A stretch of 64,000 nucleotides of DNA from an uncultured cyanobacterium. Lineage in GTDB: Bacteria > Cyanobacteriota > Cyanobacteriia > Cyanobacteriales > Nostocaceae. The notes under the pieces are model-generated. The model was not told the DNA's origin. It saw only the letters and a list, made by a program, of their open reading frames with translations, and did no database searches. The DNA is taken from positions 3,616,001-3,680,000 of the forward strand of contig OY970166.1 of assembly GCA_963706595.1 (NCBI GenBank). The letters run 5' to 3'. Of this stretch, positions 52,429 to 64,000 are shown in pieces. Numbering within the stretch: the first letter of the stretch is position 1; each line of letters starts with the position of its first letter. Both the position numbers and the translations under genes were made by a program.

Positions 52429-52956
52429 CAGCTTATCGATAAATTGCTAAACAGGAAACTAAGGAGCAGGATTAGGTTTTATATCTCTAGGCAGATGTTT
52501 CAATCGCCATCAAGGCTACGGCAGATGATGTACACATTACTACCTGTGGTTGGTTTTGGCAATCAAGAAAGCAACGCCGAAGGTTTTTAAGTTGCTGGCG
52601 AGGCTGAACCGACGCAATATTTTGCAGACCTCATTTTACACAATCTTTATAAAAAATTTATTCCTAAAGATAGATACATAACTGTATTCTTGTATGGGCA
52701 GATACAGGTCTGCATTAAAGTTTATTTTTGCGTAGATAAATTAGTGCAATATGATTGAAAATTTTCAAGTTCCAGAACTGTTAATTGCGATTCTCACTTT
52801 TTACTATGATAGTAGGAGATTCCAGGCTTACTAGATTGCCGAATTATTAATATCAAACAGTTGATAATAGAATCATTCTGGTACTTTAGACAAAAGTGAT
52901 ATCTAGGAAGGACTACCCCTACAGATAATTATATTATGGATCACTAATGAATAATT

Positions 52957-54315
52957 TCATTTAAAACCCTTTGGTGACTTCTTTTGTCTCTTACCTTTGG
53001 GCTTAAATTTGTTAACTTCTGCGATGGCTTCTTGAAATAAATTATGCAGATGTATAGGCACACTGGCAATTTCTGGTAAATCTGGCTCTATAGGTTTATC
53101 GAATTCCTGCAAAAGTAAATCCAAGTTATTTGCCAGATTAAACTCTGGACGTTGTAGGAAATCTTGCAACAACTTTTCTAGTTGAATTGGATACTTTTGC
53201 GCTAAACGATGCCAAATAAAAGCATTAATACTTTTGTCTTCCAGGTAGTGGCGAATTAGTTTTTCATTACCTTCAACATTTTGCCCATCCTCATCCGAGA
53301 GAATTGCTTGCATCCTACTATAGGTTGGTAAAAACATTTGTCCCCAACGAGGATGAGAAAGAGCCGTAACTTGTTCTGCTTTTCTAAGTTCGGCAGGTAA
53401 ATCAACCTTTGGCATGACCATTTTAGTCTTGCCGGTACTCTTGTTATCTTTAAAAATTTGAGAAACTACATTGGAGTCTGCACCAACTTCTTTAGCGGCC
53501 GTTTGTATTTCTTCTTCGCTAAGGCCAGCTTCTGCTGCCATTTCCGCAAGAGATTTGGAAGAATCAATTCCTGCTTCAGCCAAACGTTTTTCAGTAATTA
53601 ACTCTTGAAATTCAGCGATTTTTTTATTTAGTTGGTATCCCGGTAATGTAATTTCATCACTGCCGAAAAAGTCTATAAACTGCTGATGATATTGCTCTAC
53701 TGATTGCCAAGCTTCCTCTAACAAGTCAGGAGCATCGCTATAAAGATTATTTTTATAGTTTTCTTTGAAATTACCAATTGCTACAGCGAGTTTTGGTTTA
53801 CCCAATTTACCCATGATTGTGTAGGGGCTAGAAAACATCCAGTAGCTATTGTCAACGGGAAAAATATGAGTTAGTAATATTTCTCCTACTTTCAAACGAG
53901 ATAATTTCTCTAAAGTTTGAGTATCGCTGGGCTTGACAATATAGTGTTTATCTGTAAGCCAGTTGGTAAACTCAAAGCCATCGGGTAGAAGATTCGTTAT
54001 GGCAAATAAGCCAATAAAACTACGATGCCAGTTTTTTAGTAAATTGTGATCCCCGGAGGCGGGGCTTTGCCCATCGCTCTCTGATAAATCTTCACAGTTT
54101 TCGATAAACAATTCTAATGGTGACTTATCACCAACTTTTCCTTCTACAAGAAAGCTATCAATGATTAAGTCTTGCTGACTACTATCTCCACTACCTTGGC
54201 GCAAATGTTCTGCTGCATAAGTTTCTAGCGCTTCTGCTAGTTCTCCTTCTGCATCTAGGACAAAATCGACTAAGGCTTGTTTTAATTCATGCGATCGTTC
54301 TAATATGGCATCCAC
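52957..54315 (-). CDS. conserved hypothetical protein
   Basis: 452-aa ORF with normal codon pattern; GKLGKPKLAVAIG.FK, HPRWGQ. Confidence 0.8.
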   Translation of the reverse strand: MDAILERSHELKQALVDFVLDAEGELAEALETYAAEHLRQGSGDSSQQDLIIDSFLVEGKVGDKSPLELFIENCEDLSESDGQSPASGDHNLLKNWHRSFIGLFAITNLLPDGFEFTNWLTDKHYIVKPSDTQTLEKLSRLKVGEILLTHIFPVDNSYWMFSSPYTIMGKLGKPKLAVAIGNFKENYKNNLYSDAPDLLEEAWQSVEQYHQQFIDFFGSDEITLPGYQLNKKIAEFQELITEKRLAEAGIDSSKSLAEMAAEAGLSEEEIQTAAKEVGADSNVVSQIFKDNKSTGKTKMVMPKVDLPAELRKAEQVTALSHPRWGQMFLPTYSRMQAILSDEDGQNVEGNEKLIRHYLEDKSINAFIWHRLAQKYPIQLEKLLQDFLQRPEFNLANNLDLLLQEFDKPIEPDLPEIASVPIHLHNLFQEAIAEVNKFKPKGKRQKKSPKGFK

Positions 54316-54486
54316 TAGTATATTTTTCGGTGCAACAGTTGCAGTTTACAGCTTTTAAGAGAGTTTTAGCATCTAACGATCGCTAGATTTTATAATTAGG
54401 AAATAAGCCCAATGAAATAAATAAACCAAGAGAGAAAAATAAAAGCCCCTTCCATGATAGAAGAGGCTTTTATGTTTGAAAGATAA

Positions 54487-54605
54487 ACCTGGCATCGAGC
54501 TATTTTTGCAGAGGGCTACCCCAAAACTATCGTCGCCGCAGCAGCATTTCACCTCTGAGTTCGGGAAGGGATCAGTGTGGTTCCACCGCGCAATAAACAC
54601 CAGGA
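54487..54605 (-). rRNA. rrf: 5S rRNA
   Basis: Minus strand TCCTGGTG...CCGAACTCAGAGGTGAAA...GATGCCAGGT. Confidence 0.95.
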
Positions 54606-54680
54606 AAAAATGGTGGGTCAGAGACCCTGAAGGCTGCACAGTAACGCGAAATAATGAGCAATTCACACAAGCAATGATCT

Positions 54681-57509
<2,829 letters not shown>

Positions 57510-57828
57510 ACTTTTTCATTGGTGTTCTTTCTGCAAACTTTTTTTCGTTCTGTTTACTTCGTTCTTTGCACCGATTTTACTCAGCACTCAGTCAAGAAGC
57601 AATCAGGACTCTAATTCGTCTGCCTGCTTTTTTTCGCGTTACTATGCAGTTTTCAAGGTTCTGGCTGGATTATTACCCAGCAGTTCGATTGTTCTATCAA
57701 TCAATTGCTGAATCTTACCCGATCTATTATTTTATCATACTGTGCTAATGACCACAAAAATTATTATATCTATTTTTTGTCTTGTCTGACAATCAACGAT
57801 ATGATTTTTTTGCGATTTTTACACAAGG

Positions 57829-57901
57829 TGGAGATTAGCGGACTCGAACCGCTGACATCCTGCTTGCAAAGCAGGCGCTCTACCAACTGAGCTAAACCCC
57901 C
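57829..57901 (-). tRNA. tRNA-Ala(TGC)
   Basis: GGGGGTTTAGCTCAG...TTTGCAA...TTCGAGT...CTCCA cloverleaf in the ITS. Confidence 0.97.
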
Positions 57902-57984
57902 ATCAGTCAGTTATCAGGTATCAGTTACCAGTTATCAGCTTTTTACTGATTACTGATTACTGTTGACTGTTAACTGATTTCAGG

Positions 57985-58058
<74 letters not shown>

Positions 58059-58180
58059 ATTATCCGAACCAAATCTATAGTTTGAAAGCTTCAACAAATA
58101 TTCGCGACCGACCTAGGAATGACCAACTCAGTATCTAATTGCAATTTGCTTTCGATGTTTGAGTGGATTCGGTCTCCCTA

Positions 58181-59668
<1,488 letters not shown>

Positions 59669-59981
59669 TGGTTTGTTTGTTTTAGCTCTTTCTTGACTAC
59701 TGTTTTTTAACTTTAGTCTCGTTATTTTATTGACTTGACGCGCAATATCTGCTGTATAATTGCTTTCAAACTATAATATTTTCAAGGTTCGGTGTGACTT
59801 CAAAACGCCGCTCTTTGGCGCTCGTCTCTCAGGCACTTATCTAATATAACGAGCGCTCCTATCTTTGTCAACTGTTTTTTCAATTTATTTTGAATCTATT
59901 TTTTTGTGCCTCTGAAAGCCTTATGGGGTAGGGATTTTAGGATATAGTATTCTTGGAAATTAAAAAGATAGTAATTAAATC

Positions 59982-60848
59982 GTGAGCAAATTTGGTGTTT
60001 TGCCGCCTTGGGTAGTTCTAGATCCTTTACTGCGTGGCTGGTTGCTGGAAGATATTGGTCGGGGCGATCGCACTACAAATAGCCTATTATCGGAAGATGT
60101 GACAGCAGGAACAGCTAAATGGGTGGCTAAAGCACCAGGGATAATTGCTGGCTTACCAGTTGCAGCTAGGGTGTTTGAGCTTTTAAATGAGAAAGTTAGT
60201 TTTGAGGTTGTTGTGGCTGACGGTACAAGATGTGAGCCGGGACAGGTAATAGCAGAAATTCATGGTTCTCTCGATGCGTTGCTGATGGGGGAACGGGTGG
60301 CGCTGAATTTGGCTATGGGTTTGAGTGGAATTTCTACGCTCACACATATATATGTAGAGCAAATAGCGGATTTACCTGCTCAGTTGGTGGATACGCGCAA
60401 GACTACGCCAGGGCTGAGACTGTTGGAGAAGTACGCGACGGCTGTAGGTGGGGCGATGAATCACCGGATGGGTTTGGATGATGCGGTGATGATTAAGGAT
60501 AATCATATTGCGGCGGCTGGGGGTATTGCAGAAGCTATTACCCGGATTCGTTCTCGGATTCCTTTTCCTCTGACTATTGAGGTGGAGACGGAAAGTTTGG
60601 AGCAGGTGAAAGCAGCTTTAGAGCATAAAGCGGATATTATTATGTTGGATAATATGCCTGTGGATATGATGCGTCAGGCTGTGGAGTTGATTCGTGAGCA
60701 GGATGGTAGGGTGAAGATTGAGGCTTCGGGAAATGTGACTTTGGAGACGATTCGCGCTGTGGCTGAGACTGGTGTTGACTATATATCTAGTAGTGCGCCG
60801 ATTACTCAGTCGAAGTGGTTGGATTTGAGTATGAGGATTATGGTTTAA
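59982..60848 (+). CDS. nadC: nicotinate-nucleotide diphosphorylase (quinolinate phosphoribosyltransferase)
   Basis: DTRKTTPG, NHRMGL.D..MIKDNH, IMLDNM, EASG. Confidence 0.97.
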   Translation: MSKFGVLPPWVVLDPLLRGWLLEDIGRGDRTTNSLLSEDVTAGTAKWVAKAPGIIAGLPVAARVFELLNEKVSFEVVVADGTRCEPGQVIAEIHGSLDALLMGERVALNLAMGLSGISTLTHIYVEQIADLPAQLVDTRKTTPGLRLLEKYATAVGGAMNHRMGLDDAVMIKDNHIAAAGGIAEAITRIRSRIPFPLTIEVETESLEQVKAALEHKADIIMLDNMPVDMMRQAVELIREQDGRVKIEASGNVTLETIRAVAETGVDYISSSAPITQSKWLDLSMRIMV

Positions 60849-61155
60849 AGTTTAGGCTCATCATCTCACTGGAAAATTGGGATCATTGGCGAGCAAGATT
60901 TATTTCACGCAGAGGCGCAGAGGCGCAGAAAAAATGAGGATTTAGAGGGTGAAGTCTCAAAATTCCGTTTATTGGTGCGGAAAGTCTATGATTGTATGTC
61001 TACGCACCAGATTTTCAGTTGTCACTTATCATAGAAGTATAAAAACTTGTTAAACTTCTCTGTAATTAGGCTGATGCCTTAAATTTTAATCATGAATTAA
61101 AGTGTAAATTAGCCTGTAAATATAACACATTTTTTTGACGCTGGAGGAAAAATAT

Positions 61156-61332
61156 ATGTCTATTAAAGATACTTCTAAATCAGTTGGTTCAGGGATTGCT
61201 ATCTCGTCATCAAAAATAGCTTTGAACGCATTCGAGAGTTATGTTGAGGATAAGCTGAATGAAAAGACGGAGAAAAAGGAGTCTAAAAATTTAAATAATA
61301 AGGTTGATGTCAATGCACCCAAATCCTTCTGA
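61156..61332 (+). CDS. small hypothetical protein
   Basis: GGAGG ribosome-binding site before ATG 61156; overlaps the start of the next gene. Confidence 0.45.
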   Translation: MSIKDTSKSVGSGIAISSSKIALNAFESYVEDKLNEKTEKKESKNLNNKVDVNAPKSF

Positions 61333-61472
61333 AATTCTCCGATTATTTTCTCATTTACAGGATCGTTTATATCATGGTGATACTGTAAAAAAAGCAATCA
61401 CTCAAATTTGTAATTATACCAGAGACACAAGTATTATTAATACGTGTCAAGTCATAGCTGAACTTCTAGAAA

Positions 61473-63056
61473 GGGACTTCCAAATAATAAATTACCCAAA
61501 AAACTTAAGAGAAAATGTTTTTTGGAGAATGATAATCATTGCTAGGGGAAGAGAAAGTGCTTGCCGTCGGCAAGCACTTTCTCTGAAAAAATCAGCATGA
61601 AAAATATCTACACTCTAAGGGCTGTAGGGTGCAGTGAAAATCAATTTATCAAAGTAATAATTTAACTATTCCTTGACCAACATTAAGTTGGCGCGCAACA
61701 GATATCAATAAACCACTTACCTAAATTCGGGAAGTGTTCAGAGTTAGAATTGGTGAGTCGCTCGATTTGTTTCTCAATTTCTGACATAGCTTGTTTAGTA
61801 AGCTTAACTCCGTTTTCGTAAGTTCGAGTTACTAATTTAACAAGAGGATGCTTACCTTTCCATGTCATATTTTGAGCAAAATTTAACGCCGTTTCTACTT
61901 CATCCAAAATACTACCATTCCAATAGTTCTCTAGGACTGCCCAAGTTCTTTCAATTGGATTGTACTTACTATGATAGGGTGGATAATAAGCTAAACGTAT
62001 GTTTAACTGATATTCCTGAGCAAACTCAATTATACGTTTCATGAACTGGGTACGTCGAGAACTGTTCTCTCCACCGTTATCTTGATTAAGAATAAGTGTT
62101 TTAATTAGAGGAAATCGCTTACTCTGTGTTTTCCAAAAGTCTACTAATACATCAACAATAAAATCACTCGTTACTTTGGATTCGGTAAAATATAAAAATA
62201 GCTCATCTAGTTCTGGAAGGAATATCCCATAAGGAGTCACAGTTGTTTTCGGATGATAATCATGGTCTTCAGTTTCAGTTGGAGTCCTGTTTTTACCACC
62301 TCGGTCAAAAGCGCCAATATTGACACGAGCTTTGGCATCAAGACTTAAACGTAAAATGCTCTTGTCATTCAAAGCCGATTGATTAACTATTGCTAATTGC
62401 TCAAAAATTGCATCCGTTTCGGGGATTTTTTTTGAGGAAGTACTTTTGCTACCCGTTTAAGTCGATAACCTAAATAATTCAATTTGATGCGAATTGTTTC
62501 TGATGTGGGTAATTCTTCATCACTATAACTAAATTTCTCTATCAACAGCTTTCTTACTTGACTTGCTGTGAGGCGTGTATATAGTCTTTGGCTTTTAAAA
62601 CTTGGGTCAGTTTGGCTTTGGGAATCAACTAATTTTTTGATATCCTCTAAAAGGTTTGGTAAATGTTCTTCTGCTTTGTAACGCCCTTTCGCCGAATAAT
62701 TATCGATACAGGTCATCCCACTAGTTAATTCTTTAATACCTTTGCGAATAGTTTTTCTATCCCATCCTAATTCTTTTTGAGCTAGTAGTTGTCCTCCGTA
62801 GCCTAAAGACATCACAGTTTGCGCTTGGAAACGCCGTCTGGCTGCACCTTTCAATTGAGTTGCTGTTTCTTTAAGCAAACTTGAGAGCGAATCAGTTAAT
62901 TCAATTGACACTCTTAGCTCCTCGAAAAATTGTACCTAACATCATTGAATTTACTACAAAAAGGGAAGTCAGGGCTACCGAACGGTAGCCCTGACTTCTC
63001 CCCTCTACAATGATTATCATTATTAGTAGTTGGGGATTTTATTCCTTGGAAGTCCC
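61473..63056 (-). mobile_element. ISAzo13-family insertion sequence (1584 bp)
   Basis: TIRs GGGACTTCCAA... (22/26 match); AAA duplication at 61470-61472 and 63057-63059; transposase ORFs inside. Confidence 0.9.
61683..62911 (-). CDS. ISAzo13 transposase split into two ORFs at an A8 run (62426-62433)
   Basis: orfA: QTDP.F.....YTRLT. orfB: SLDAK, DNGGEN, YYPPYHSKYNPIER. A -1 shift gives PQKKIPETDAIFEQL. Confidence 0.85.
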
Positions 63057-64000
63057 AAATAGAATTTGAAATAAAGTTTGAACAGGTTGATATTAATCGG
63101 CATTTTCAAGCAGTTCAAAAATTGCAAAAGCATCAGAGTTGGGTATTAGAAACATATCAAGAAATTCAAAAAAAAGTAGGTGATTATAACCGGAGATGGT
63201 CTGAACCTTTATTAAAAATAATAGATCCTCAGTTAGCCAGACTGTCACAGCTAATTATACTTCTGGACAGAGAACCTGATATTTGTGACAATAATGGAAA
63301 TGTTATCCGTCCTAATGATTTGGTTGTGTACCCTTGTAAAGATGAGAAAGATAGGTCTTATGAACACTACGGTGTAGTAAGAGCAACTCCAAATGGTTAT
63401 AGGGTTGCACATTTTTTTACAGGTGAGACAGTGAAACCAGAAGGTAAAATTGTCAGTGTGGGAATTGGATATGTCCATTTTGCTCCCCACACACCTCATT
63501 GGCTTTTTAAAGAACGTCCTGAAAAAGAGCATCCTGAAAAAGTTTCCGATATCCAAATTGAAGAGCGTATTCAGAAGTCAAAAGAAAAAATCCTCACTGC
63601 TAAAGATCCTCTCTGGAATATATTGCGCTATAACTGTGAACATTGGGCTAGAGAAATAGTCTATGGTGAACCATCATCTACACAAGCTATACGTTGAAGT
63701 GAGAAATCCAGAATATTAGACTCACATAGACGATTGTTTTATTTCATTATCTTCAGTATTAACTCTCAAATTAGGTCACTTTTGGGCTATGTTACACTAA
63801 ACTCCTCTGGTGTATGTGATTTTTTTCGTACACTAAGGCGGGCAGGATGCCCACCCCACAAGAGTTTTAGTATTAATAGCTGTATGTAACTAGATTTTAA
63901 AGCTAAAATAATTGAGCCTTTGAGAATATCTCACTATTAGGCAGGCTATAGCCTTGCACAAAAAGATAACATTTATATATGAACGCTACACAAGAACAAC

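Larger units (their letters stand above)
61313..63697 (+). pseudogene. LRAT/NC-domain (permuted papain-like) protein gene interrupted by an IS
   Basis: Removing 61473-63059 joins ...IAELLE to IEFEIKF...LQKHQ in frame; C-terminal part has YEHYGV, VAHF and NCEHWA. Confidence 0.8.

Noticed and set aside
52429..52640. lasso precursor or PqqD gene ahead of the island operon
   Set aside because: No ORF with a recognisable leader (YxxP...T) or PqqD features in any minus-strand frame.
61304..61600. 98-aa ORF as a complete gene
   Set aside because: Everything after 61472 is IS sequence; this is the 5' half of the interrupted LRAT-domain gene.

Overview
Chromosomal window from a heterocyst-forming (Nostocales-like) cyanobacterium, judged from frequent HIP1 GCGATCGC octamers, STRR heptamer arrays, a HetP-family gene, ndhP and a minus-strand rRNA operon (16S, tRNA-Ile, tRNA-Ala, 23S, 5S). 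Most of it is housekeeping or conserved genes (pyrG, ispE, rsmA, nadC, HtrA, ROK kinase, etc.). The main finding is a compact diversity-generating retroelement (DGR) cassette at about 35.7-38.7 kb. A Pepco-like small gene precedes a caspase/TM/FGE-sulfatase (CLec-fold) gene. The last ~126 bp of that gene (VR) are repeated 295 bp downstream as an AAY-rich template (TR), and 14 of 18 mismatches fall at TR adenines. No reverse transcriptase or avd gene is adjacent, so this is a non-autonomous (trans-driven or decaying) DGR that diversifies a putative receptor-protease. Other points: two probable pseudoenzymes (an amidase paralog and a TrpC paralog beside the HetP-like gene); a decaying glycosylation island with kinase, sulfotransferase, nucleotidyltransferases and Wzm/Wzt; an ISAzo13 element that cleanly splits an LRAT-domain gene; and small genes missed by the ORF track. 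All family assignments come from motif recognition by eye; no searches were run.
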